From Rhizaria sp. SCN 62-66 (lineage: Eukaryota), in contig MEDY01000119.1 in the NCBI GenBank assembly GCA_001724265.1, positions 62,001 through 108,592 of the forward strand: DNA of 46,592 bases, given 5' to 3'. This document shows positions 22,822 through 32,345 of the stretch, piece by piece. A program made the position numbers and the translations under genes. How positions within the stretch are numbered: position 1 is the first letter of the stretch; each line of letters starts with the position of its first letter. The notes below the pieces were generated by a model. It was not told where the DNA came from. It worked only from the letters and a program-made list of their open reading frames with translations, and made no database searches.

Positions 22822-25800
22822 ATGCTGTCCTCGCGCTTTGCATGCGCGCGCGCTCTCCTGCCGCGATCCCTAGCCGTGCACGGCTCCGTCGCCATAGCGG
22901 CCTCTGCCTCGCCGCCATACGCACAGACGACCGCCGGCTCCAGCTCTAGCGCCGGGGCTGTCGAGCACTTGCGCCCGTCACCGCACTCGGCGGTGTCACG
23001 TGCGCTTGCGACTGCGGCGGCCCCGAAGATGGCGCTCAAGCTGACGCCCGACGCCGCGGCGGCGCCGGCGACTGCGCGTGCGCCTGTGGCCGCGGCCAGC
23101 GGGAGCGCGGCTTCAGAGAAGAAGAGCAAGATTTCTGCGACGCCAGCTCAACGTGTCGCCGCCGCGAAGGCACCGCTTGCTGATGCACCCTCAGCAGCGA
23201 CTGCGGCTATGCCTGAGGCATCAGTGACCCAGACGGCCAATGGGACGACTACGAGGCCAAAGCTCCAGACTGTGCCCCCTGCAGCGGCGAAGCGGGCGAA
23301 GCCCGACACAGAGACGTTTGCGTCGCAGTTGAACTTTTTGCTGTCCCTATATCTACCCAAGACCACTCTCGACCCCATCTTTACTCCTGCTATGACAGCA
23401 GCATCCGCATCAGCATCAGCAGCCGCGTCACAGTCCCTCGCGCGGGTCCTGGAGCCGCTGGCCCCGCTGCTGCCGGCCCCGGTCGCCTCTGCGCTGCGCC
23501 CGCTGCTGTCGCCGCTGTCCGCCGCGGCCCAGCGCGCGCGCCACGCCGCGCTGTGCGCTGCTCTCGCGGCGGCCAGCGCGGCCTACTACAACTCGCCCGC
23601 GCCGCTGCTGCCTGACGCCGTGTTCGACTTGCTGCTCGCCGAGACGGAGGCGCTGGAGGCGCTGCGGCCCGCGCTACGCACCGCGCAGTCCCCGACCGCG
23701 ACCGTGGGCGCAGACGTGCGCACAGTCACCAGCGCTACCACAGGCACTGACCTTGCTGCTGGCACGAGCTTTGGCACTATTCCTGCGACAGCAAAGCGGT
23801 CCGCCGCGCTCTCGCGCCTGCAGGCCTGGGCCGCCGCGGCCAATGACAGCGACGCCAGTGCCTCCGCCTCTGCTGCGGGCGACGCGGCGGAGAGCGCCCA
23901 CATGCGGCACCGCGTGCCGATGCTGTCGCTGACCTCGACCTTCGATCCCGCCGCTGTGGTCCGCTTCGCCAAGGCCACCGCGCGCGCGCACTGGCGCCCG
24001 CTCCTTACCGCGCTTACCGTGCGCGATGGCGCGCACGCCGTCGCCGCCACCACCGTCAAGACCGCGAACTCGGTCACAACGCTGCTTGCGGTCAGTGAGC
24101 GCGGGCCTCCCGCTAGCGGTGCCAACGGCATTGAGGACGAAGAGAGCAGCAATAAGGCGGCGGCAGGGACCGGTGGCGGGGCAAGGAAGGTCAACAAGAA
24201 ATTCACCGCGAGGACGCGCGTTCCGCTGTACGTCCCTCTGCAAGAGCGTGGTGCGAGCGCTGGGGCACGCGGACAGCTGCCGATCGCCGGTGATGCGCGC
24301 ACAAAATCACCTGTCACCGGTCTCGGCGTTGCTGAGGGCGCGTCTGCGCTCGTTGTGCCCGCGCCGGCCCAGGCCCGCGCGACCGCGCTGCTGGGCCAGT
24401 GGTCGCTCGCTCACTCGCAGGCCCCGCAGGCGCGCAGCGAGATGCCGTGCGCACTGCAGGCGATGCCGCACGCTCTAGCCACTGCGAGGCTTGCGTCGCT
24501 GCTCATGGCCACGCTGCCACAGGAACCACAGTCTCTCAGCGCCGACACCGCTGGCGGTCAGAAGCTGCCGTTGTCTGCTGAAGCTATTGCGGGCGCCGGC
24601 GCCTCCCGTCTGCTGCTGAGTGCGGCGCCGCTGCTGGATCGTGCCGGCAGCCCCGCTGTGGCGCTGCTGACCGCGCACGCACACGCCGCGCTGCCGTGGG
24701 TTGCCGCGCTCGCGAGGCTGCGGTTTGCGAAAATCCATGCTGAGATGCGGCTTTCAAGCGAGCACGAACGCGTGACGATCAACGACGCACGGAACAGGGG
24801 CCGTGCTTTGCTTTTGTCTCTCAACCACAACGGTGACGCCATCGACGGCGCTACTGGCGACGCGAGCGCGGCTGCGGTGTACCCGCCACTGGCGCACACG
24901 CTGGAGCTCAAGTACGATGGCATGGCGCTGTCGCTGGCCTACAGCGGCGGCGCGCTTGCGACCGCGGCCACTCGCGGCAACGGCGCCGTCGGCACGGGCG
25001 TGCGCAGCAGGGTGCGGCGCCTGTGTCCCGCGCTGCCCACTGCGCTGCACGGGCCGAGCCACGGCGCCGACGCGGCTGCTGCTGCTGGTGGTGCTCACAA
25101 CCACAGCGAGGGCCGCGGCGGCTCGGTGCAAACCTCTTCTGGCCAGAAAAATACTACGCAGGATCGCAGCGCTGCAGGCCGCGTCAGTCACAATGACATC
25201 GCCGGTGACAAGAGCAGTCGATACCACACTGCTCTGCACAGCGAGCTTGCCGCCGCTCTGGCACCGATGCAGGCGGCGTTGGCACGCGTTTTAGTCGCGA
25301 CGACAGCACAAAGCTCGGCGACTGTTACATCAGACGCCACTGCTCACAGTAGCTTGGACTGGGCCTCGATGTCTGGCCAAGACGTCTGGGCACTGCTGCC
25401 AACCGAGGGGCAGGCAGAAGTCGCACTCGCACACACCGTATGGACGCAAAGTCAAGCCGCCTGGGGGAATATTCAAACCACCTCTTCTTCCAGTGACAGC
25501 GACGCGTGGGCAGCGTTCGTAGGCCTTGTTTCTGCGCCCATGACCCGCGACGAGTACGACGCACTCGTGCGCCCCCAGTCACTTGAGGCGCAACCACAAT
25601 CACCGGCACAGGCAGTGGCGCCGCTGTGGGCGGGCACTGTGGAGGTTCGCGGCGAGCTGCTGCTGCACGACGCGGAGTTCGCGCGCATCAACGAAGCGGC
25701 CGCCATCAGAGACACAGCCGCGGCGGTAGCAGCCGCAGCGGCAGAGGGCGAGGATGTGGAGGCTGCTGCCAGTGCTGCGGAAGCTGCAGGAATGCGCTTT

Positions 25801-28800
25801 TCAAGCCCCCGCAACCTTATTGTCGGCATTCTCGGCCGCGACGATGTTGAACCTGCTGTTGCTGCCGCGGCCGAAGCCGAGGCTGCCGCGGACGCTGCGC
25901 ACGCGCTCGCGGAGGCGCGGTCTGACGCGAAGTCAGGCCGCGTTGGCGGTTTGGCAAGCCGCGCGCTGCCTGGTGACGTGGTGAGCCGCGACCCTCTGTC
26001 GCCCAACACGCGCGCGGTGTTCGTCGCATACACGCTGATGATGTTCGAAGACTTGTCTCTGCCAACTGGCTCGCGCTACAGCACGAACCCGAACACGAAC
26101 ACCCATGCAGACAGCGCTGAGGTCCTCAGCTCAGATGCCGGCGCTGCCGCTGAAGCTGCGGCTGCCACCGCGGGTGCAGTGTCTGTGACACTGACGCTCG
26201 CCCCGCTTGCGGCGCGCGCCGTGGCGGCCACTGTCGACACAGAGGCCGCAGCCCATGGCCTCGATCCACTTGAGACTGACGCGTTGCTGATGCAACGCGT
26301 GCGCGCGCTGGCAGCGTCTTCAATCGATGACGCGGTCACCGCGATGGCTCGTGCGGCCGAGCCCGCGGCACTGGCCCGCGCTGCTGCCGCGCTACTGCCG
26401 CACCACGCGCGCCTGTCGCTGATGCGCTCGATGGGGTTCACGGTGGATCCCTACGCTACCGTGCTGACGATTCCCCCCAGTGAGCACGCAGATGTGTTGA
26501 CATCAGATAGAGATTCGCTTTTATCCGCTCTAGAGAGTGGCACAGCATTCAGTGCCAGCGTGGGCCCATCAGAGGTGCTTCTGTGGCCTGACTTAGACAG
26601 CCCGGAGGAGCTGAATTTCTACTCTGAAAGCAACATCAGGAAGAGCATTGCGAGCGACAAAGCTGCTAAGAAAGGCGTTGGTCTTGAACAGGCGGTTGGT
26701 GAGTATGTTCAGTCGCTGGCCTCCGCTTCGCTGGCGTTTGCCGGCGTCGGTTCCGTTGATTGGAGTGCGCTCACACTCAACAAAACTAGTGGTACAACGA
26801 ATTCGAATGACGAGGAGTCCGATGTATTTGACGAGATCAACCGCGGCTACAGCGCAGCAGTTGTGCGCACAGCAACTGAGCGCGCTGCGTCTCGCTCCAT
26901 CCCTCTGCCGTTCATCCCCACACAGTCGCCGTCGCAGTCACTCACGCAGTCCCGGTCGCACCCGATGACTCCTCTGTTCCGCCTCGCGTCGGCCTATCTG
27001 TTCACCGTGCGCCGCCACACCCCGCTGCGCACCGACGGGCTCGTGCTCAAGGTCTCCGACTCGGTCGCCACCATGGCGCTGGGCGCTGCGTCGCGGTCGT
27101 CGCGCGCCGCCATCGCCGTCAAGGCACCCGCCGCGCTCGCTGCCGCTGTTGCTCGGGAGCGAGGTGAAAAGACAGATACCTCAGCTTCAAGCAAGGCGAC
27201 GCCCGCTGCCACCGACGCGAGCAGCGGTGCTGGCATCGACGCCCACAACGCAGAGGTCGCGTCGCTCGTGTCGACCGCCCTCGGCGGCGCCGCGGCCGTG
27301 ACCCGGCTTCTGGGCGTGTCAGTGCAGATCGGCCGCTCCGGCCGCGCCACGCCGGTGGCCTCGCTGGCGCCCGTGCAGCTGGGCGGCGCGACGGTGGCCC
27401 GCGCGACGCTGCACCACCACGGCGCCGTGGGCGACGCGGACGGACCGCTGGCGGGGCTGAGGCGCGGGGACCTGGTCGTCGTGGAGCGGCGTGGCGACAT
27501 CATTCCCATGGTTAAGGCAAGGCTGCCAGATCATCTGCAGCAACAGCAGAAGCCGCAACAAAGAAAAAGCACGCAGTGCGATGATGAAAGTGACAAGCTG
27601 CTGCCGCGGGGCCCGTGCGGGTCATACCTTTGCCCGTGCGGACTGAAGACGAAGCTGGCGCGCAAGCCTCTTATTGCTGCAGGCACCAGCGCTGCTGGCA
27701 GTGCTGGAGGCAAGGGCCGCCGTGCTAGCAATGCACTCAGCGACGACACCGACTTTGAGCAACTCGCTTTCGAGGCTCTCGGCAACGGTAGTGCTGGTAC
27801 GAGCGCTCGCATAGCTGCTGCAGCAACGGGCACCGACGCCGACGCGTTTGATGATCCGCAGTTCTCTCCCACGGCTCAGCCCGGCTGGTCCGCGGCGCTC
27901 TTCTGCCCGTTGCCGCTGCTGTGCCCGGCTCAGTCGCTGCGCCGCCTCGCGCACTTCGTGTCCAAGGGAGCGCTCGACGTCGACGGGCTCTCGGCGCGCA
28001 CGCTGGCGCAGCTGCGCGCCGCGGGGCTGCTGCACGTTTCGCTCCCGGGGCTTGCCGCGCTCGCGCTGGACACGGAGACGCGCCGCGGACTCTGCAGGGC
28101 GCTGGGCGTGCCTCTGCTCGACGGCGACGGTGACGGGGGCGACAGAGAGTGGCTGCCACACCCGGACCTGCTGCCGCCCCGCGCGCGCGCCAGGGACCTG
28201 CTGTGGCAGTACGATCAGGCCTACGGGACCGGCGGCCGCGGCGGGAGTCCTAGCCAGAACATCAGCAAGACTGGTGTGGCCAACACTGCTGACGCTGCCG
28301 AGGGCGAGGACCAGTGGGAGTTTGCTCTGCCCCCCGCCTACCGTCTCCCGTTGGGTCCCGCCCAAGCCGCCCCCGTGGCCGGCGGCGCGTGCGGCGTCTA
28401 CGGCTGGCAGACTCGCAAGGCGCACCGCATGCTCACCGCGCTGTCGACGTCGCTGGCGGAGCAGCCGCTGCCGCGCTTGTTGACCGCGCTCGGCGTGCCT
28501 GGGCTAGGTCCCGCGGTCGCGGCGTTACTGCTGCGGCGCTTCAACGGCGACGTGCGCGCGCTCTTCGCGGCCACTCCCGCGGACCTCGCCGGGATCAAGG
28601 GCATTGGCGGGGAGAACGAGGGCGCCGCCGCGCTCGCCGCGGGGCTGCGTGAGGCGCTCAAGCGGGACGCGATGCCGCTCGCTCTGCTCGGCGTGCCTAC
28701 GTTCGCGCCGCTGTTGACATTAGCCGACGACCCGCAAGCTAATCGCAGGGGCTGCAGCGTAGCGAGCAACACCACTGATGCTGATGATAAACCTAAGAGC

Positions 28801-29571
28801 AAAAAAACGAGGTCTTCGAAGGACAGTGGTGTTGCAGTAAATAATGCTGAGGCTGGGGCTGATTTGTCCCCCATCGACTCAGCCTCTGTCTCCGCATCTC
28901 TCCACAGCCCTGTCCACGGCAACAAGTTTGCCATCACAGGCTCTCTCCGGACTCTGCGCGGGGAGGCCGCTCTAATGACCGCTGCCGCACTCGCCGCCGC
29001 AGCCGGAGACCCGCAGAAGGTCGGCGCGGTGGGGTACTTGCTGCGCGCTCTCAGGGGGTTGCGCGTGCCCGTTGATGATGGCGCGATCTCTGCAGCAGCA
29101 AAGGCTAATGACGCGCACGCGAGAGCCAAGTACGCAGAGATGGTGGCCGAGGTGGTCGCCACCGCTGTCGATCCCATTCAACACGCGCTCACGGCTGCGA
29201 CGAGTCGCACTGGAGCTGGCGCCAGCGCTGATGCAACGGGGGGCAAGGGCAAGGGCAGGGGCAAGAAGGCGGCCGCTGAGACTTCGAGCACAACGGCCAG
29301 CGACAGCTTCAAGCCGGAGCCGTGGCTGAAGCCGCTGTCCCGCGGCGACCTGAGCGCGCTGCTGGCGGCCGGCGGGGCCGAGACCGCGGGCTCAGTCGGC
29401 CGCGGCGTCACCGCGCTCGTGCTCGGCGGCGGCGACGGCGGCGTCAAGGAGAGCAGCAAGAGCGCCGCAGCCGCTAAGTCCGGGGTGCCCGTGATGGGCG
29501 AGGCGGAGGCGATCAGGCGGCTGCTCGCGCCCAAGGCCGTTGCTGTTGCTGCTGATGACAAAAGCAGGTGA
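22822..29571 (+). CDS. ligA: NAD+-dependent DNA ligase (bacterial LigA type), about 2249 aa, intronless, probable N-terminal mitochondrial presequence
   Basis: All LigA modules in order: domain Ia (YYNSPAPLLPDAVFDLL..SPTATVG, about 23584-23709), HRVPMLSL, motif I ELKYDG (Lys at 24910), ATRGNG, EVRGE, FSSPRN, TDGLVLKV, RAAIAVK, OB fold (QIGRSGRATPVASLAPVQLGGATVARATLH; GDLVVVERRGDIIP), Zn finger (CPCG..LFCP..LCPAQ), HhH (LGVPGLG, IKGIG), BRCT (GNKFAITGSL..GSVGRGVTALVLG..KSGVPVMGEAE). First in-frame ATG is 22822; ends TGA. Confidence 0.93.
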   Translation: MLSSRFACARALLPRSLAVHGSVAIAASASPPYAQTTAGSSSSAGAVEHLRPSPHSAVSRALATAAAPKMALKLTPDAAAAPATARAPVAAASGSAASEKKSKISATPAQRVAAAKAPLADAPSAATAAMPEASVTQTANGTTTRPKLQTVPPAAAKRAKPDTETFASQLNFLLSLYLPKTTLDPIFTPAMTAASASASAAASQSLARVLEPLAPLLPAPVASALRPLLSPLSAAAQRARHAALCAALAAASAAYYNSPAPLLPDAVFDLLLAETEALEALRPALRTAQSPTATVGADVRTVTSATTGTDLAAGTSFGTIPATAKRSAALSRLQAWAAAANDSDASASASAAGDAAESAHMRHRVPMLSLTSTFDPAAVVRFAKATARAHWRPLLTALTVRDGAHAVAATTVKTANSVTTLLAVSERGPPASGANGIEDEESSNKAAAGTGGGARKVNKKFTARTRVPLYVPLQERGASAGARGQLPIAGDARTKSPVTGLGVAEGASALVVPAPAQARATALLGQWSLAHSQAPQARSEMPCALQAMPHALATARLASLLMATLPQEPQSLSADTAGGQKLPLSAEAIAGAGASRLLLSAAPLLDRAGSPAVALLTAHAHAALPWVAALARLRFAKIHAEMRLSSEHERVTINDARNRGRALLLSLNHNGDAIDGATGDASAAAVYPPLAHTLELKYDGMALSLAYSGGALATAATRGNGAVGTGVRSRVRRLCPALPTALHGPSHGADAAAAAGGAHNHSEGRGGSVQTSSGQKNTTQDRSAAGRVSHNDIAGDKSSRYHTALHSELAAALAPMQAALARVLVATTAQSSATVTSDATAHSSLDWASMSGQDVWALLPTEGQAEVALAHTVWTQSQAAWGNIQTTSSSSDSDAWAAFVGLVSAPMTRDEYDALVRPQSLEAQPQSPAQAVAPLWAGTVEVRGELLLHDAEFARINEAAAIRDTAAAVAAAAAEGEDVEAAASAAEAAGMRFSSPRNLIVGILGRDDVEPAVAAAAEAEAAADAAHALAEARSDAKSGRVGGLASRALPGDVVSRDPLSPNTRAVFVAYTLMMFEDLSLPTGSRYSTNPNTNTHADSAEVLSSDAGAAAEAAAATAGAVSVTLTLAPLAARAVAATVDTEAAAHGLDPLETDALLMQRVRALAASSIDDAVTAMARAAEPAALARAAAALLPHHARLSLMRSMGFTVDPYATVLTIPPSEHADVLTSDRDSLLSALESGTAFSASVGPSEVLLWPDLDSPEELNFYSESNIRKSIASDKAAKKGVGLEQAVGEYVQSLASASLAFAGVGSVDWSALTLNKTSGTTNSNDEESDVFDEINRGYSAAVVRTATERAASRSIPLPFIPTQSPSQSLTQSRSHPMTPLFRLASAYLFTVRRHTPLRTDGLVLKVSDSVATMALGAASRSSRAAIAVKAPAALAAAVARERGEKTDTSASSKATPAATDASSGAGIDAHNAEVASLVSTALGGAAAVTRLLGVSVQIGRSGRATPVASLAPVQLGGATVARATLHHHGAVGDADGPLAGLRRGDLVVVERRGDIIPMVKARLPDHLQQQQKPQQRKSTQCDDESDKLLPRGPCGSYLCPCGLKTKLARKPLIAAGTSAAGSAGGKGRRASNALSDDTDFEQLAFEALGNGSAGTSARIAAAATGTDADAFDDPQFSPTAQPGWSAALFCPLPLLCPAQSLRRLAHFVSKGALDVDGLSARTLAQLRAAGLLHVSLPGLAALALDTETRRGLCRALGVPLLDGDGDGGDREWLPHPDLLPPRARARDLLWQYDQAYGTGGRGGSPSQNISKTGVANTADAAEGEDQWEFALPPAYRLPLGPAQAAPVAGGACGVYGWQTRKAHRMLTALSTSLAEQPLPRLLTALGVPGLGPAVAALLLRRFNGDVRALFAATPADLAGIKGIGGENEGAAALAAGLREALKRDAMPLALLGVPTFAPLLTLADDPQANRRGCSVASNTTDADDKPKSKKTRSSKDSGVAVNNAEAGADLSPIDSASVSASLHSPVHGNKFAITGSLRTLRGEAALMTAAALAAAAGDPQKVGAVGYLLRALRGLRVPVDDGAISAAAKANDAHARAKYAEMVAEVVATAVDPIQHALTAATSRTGAGASADATGGKGKGRGKKAAAETSSTTASDSFKPEPWLKPLSRGDLSALLAAGGAETAGSVGRGVTALVLGGGDGGVKESSKSAAAAKSGVPVMGEAEAIRRLLAPKAVAVAADDKSR

Positions 29572-29819
29572 TATTGTTGCAGCTGTTCTGCGATGGAACT
29601 GTTATATAGAGACTAGAAACATGTGAACATCACACATTGTTATTTATTTATTTATTCATCTGAATACACATTATGCATTTTGCAAATTTAAATACTTCAC
29701 AGATATCTTGTTTTTATTTTGTGTGTACTCGTTGGAAATCATCACAAAGATTTCCAACGAATACACACGAACTCGAAAGCACCTGCTGTCTTCTTCAGAA
29801 TATCAGCGAGGGCATCCTT

Positions 29820-31964
29820 TTAGTTCTTGTTCTCGTTGGTGTTAAGCCACGAGCGCACCATGCGCGACCGCAGCGGCTCCCAGCTGTTTTGCACCGCGCT
29901 CGCCGACCACTCGAAGTCTCGCGCCGCGGCCGTCTTCGCGGCCGCCGCGACCGTGGCCGCCGCCGCCTCTGCAGCGGCCGCGGAGACGGATACATCAGGG
30001 GCCGCGGCTCTAGTCGCGGCGGTCGCGGCGGTGACAGCGGCGCACGTCGAGCTGCGGGGCGCCACGGCACAGGCACCCGCGCCGACGCCGTTGCCGCGCG
30101 GCCCGCTGGCGCCGTGTGCGCCCGCCTGGGCGTCAGGATCGCTCGCGCGGTCGAGCCCCCAGACGTCAAGCGCCGCGGCGGCAGCGGCCGCGGTGACCGA
30201 GCCCTGCGCCGCGGCGGCTGCTGCAGCGCGGCGGGTCCTGCCGCGGCCGCGCCCCGCGCTGCCGGCGCTCAGGTCGCTAGGGCTAGCAGCGGCGACGAAC
30301 GCGATCAGCGAGTTGAACGGCCTGACGGGGACCACCGTACTGCCACCGTCACCGTCGTCTGCGCGGTGGCCGCGCGCGAGGGCCATGGCCACGGTCGTCG
30401 CCGCGGTGGCCGCGTCGCGCGCCACGTGCGTCGCGGCGCCGTCCGAGAGCAGGTCGTGCAACGCCTTGATGCCGCAGTACTCGGTGCCCGGCTCGGTCGC
30501 CGCCGCGTCGTCGCGCGCGCCGTCCTCATCGGCGTCGGCGTCGTCCTTGCCGCTGCCGGGGCGGAACAGTGGGATGAGCACGACCGACCGCGCCCGGACT
30601 GGAGCAGAGGCCGAGCCAGCGCCAGCGCCGGCGGCGGCGCTGCGCGCGTTGGCGGCCGTGAGCGTGGGCCGGGGGCAGGACAGCGCGAGCAGCACCGCGG
30701 CCCGGAACTGCGCCACGTCCGCCGCCGCGAGCACCGCGCCGGGGGCCGGACACGGTGCGGCCGCGGCGGCCAGCTGCTCCGCCTGCGTGGCCACCAGGCG
30801 GGCATCGCAGGCAACCATGGCGGCGGCGGCAGCGCTGCTGAAGCTGGAGCCGCGCGCGCCAGCGCCAGGCAGGGGCGCGAACGGGGGGATGATGGTGATC
30901 ACGGTTGCGGTGTCGACGGCGTCGCTCGCAGCGCTGTCGGTGGCGCCATCCAAGGGTAGGAAGGTGGTTAGACTCGAAGACAGCGCCGCGGCGGCGCCCA
31001 AGGGGGTGATACGGCGCGCGCGCTCCACAGACAGCGACTCGTAGCAAACATCTTTGCTGCTGCTGCCTGCACGGCTCGCTGAGGCCGGAAACGCGGCGTA
31101 CGAAACCGCGATGCTCGACGGCCCCGCGCCGCTGCCGGCCGCGATCGAGCTGGAGAAGGCTGAAGCCAGGCTGCCCGCGGCCGCCGCGGCCAGCGCCGCC
31201 AGCCCCCCCTGTCCCTGTCCCTGCTCTTCAGCGTCGTCAGTGTCGTCAGCAAAGTGGCTGTAAGCCGGGTTCGGCAGTGCCAACGCCTGCGAGGCCAGCC
31301 GGGCCAGCGCGGGGCAGCGCCGCGCCGCGTCGGTCGCAGCGCGGGCCTTGGCGCGCGCGTCACTGGGTCCCCGCTTGCTCTTGGCGGTGGTGCCGAAGTA
31401 CTCGTTGTACTGTGCGTGCCAGGGAGATTGCGGGCAGAGCGGATGCAGCGAGGCGTAGGGGCAGACCACCGCGGGGGGCGCGATCAAGGGTGCGACGAAC
31501 ACAGCCGCGACGGCGACGATCACCGCGGCGACGAGAAAGCGAAAGCTGGAACGGGAGTCCTTCTGCTTGTCAGACGGAGGATTCAGCGACTTAGACTGAG
31601 CGCCAGAGACAACCCTCAAGCCGGCAACGTGGGGAGTGCGTGTTGCACTCACGCTGTCGCGGTGGCCACGACCCCTGTCGCTGTCATTGACACGGGGCGT
31701 CAGCAGCGGCTGCGAGGAGCGGCTCCCGGTGCTCACCGAAGTGTGCTGGCGTGTCATCGTGAGGCTCGTCGGCGCGGAGACAAGCTATTCAACGCAGGGG
31801 CTAAGACGGGCCGACCCGGGGACGGTATGCGAGGTGCCAGCGCGCGTGGAAAGGCCGGCGTCGGCGTGGGAAGGAGTGGGCGCTCTCGCTGAGCCAGCCG
31901 AAGCTATGGGGCCCGGCACAGCCTCGCGGTGGCCGCGATTATCGTGGCCGCGCTTCGGAGGCAT
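29820..31964 (-). CDS. Single-pass membrane protein of unknown function, about 714 aa; in-frame TAG at 31787-31785
   Basis: ATG 31964 (MPPKRGHDNRG...) is in frame with ORF 29820..31757 across one TAG. Hydrophobic span FRFLVAAVIVAVAAVFVAPLI is followed by a Cys-containing region. Ends TAA. Confidence 0.75.
31785..31787 (-). other. In-frame TAG in the N-terminal region
   Basis: Reads SARLSPCVE*LVSAPTSLTMTRQ. GC-rich coding-like sequence continues upstream to ATG 31964. Confidence 0.6.
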
Positions 31965-32345
31965 GTGAGTCACAGAAGTATAGCAGTTTCTATATAATCT
32001 GTAAGTTTCGTTGCGAGCTGGTTTGACTAAATGCCAGGAGAGACTGGATGAGTCTGGGTCGGGGTGAACGGCAGGAAGGATCAGGAAAAAGTCTATCTTT
32101 GCCGAAGGCAGGAGCTAAAAAAACGCATAGCGTCACATACACATCGTCAATTTCAATGTAAGAAAATGATACGTGGCAATCCATAATAATTTGTGATCAA
32201 GTTATTTTTGCAGTTCGTAAATCTCACGATTTCCCCTTTTAAATCTCTTCTTCTACCTCGTTCCCACGCCGCAGCCCTCGCGTCACCCTCTTAACCTGCC
32301 ACTTCCTGTCCTCACCTATCGTGCCGCCTTCGGCCACTGTCAACG

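Noticed and set aside
22822-29571. Bacterial contamination, or inteins in ligA
   Set aside because: The gene shares composition and insertions with flanking intron-containing genes. The insertions are low complexity, and I saw no intein-like termini or endonuclease motifs.
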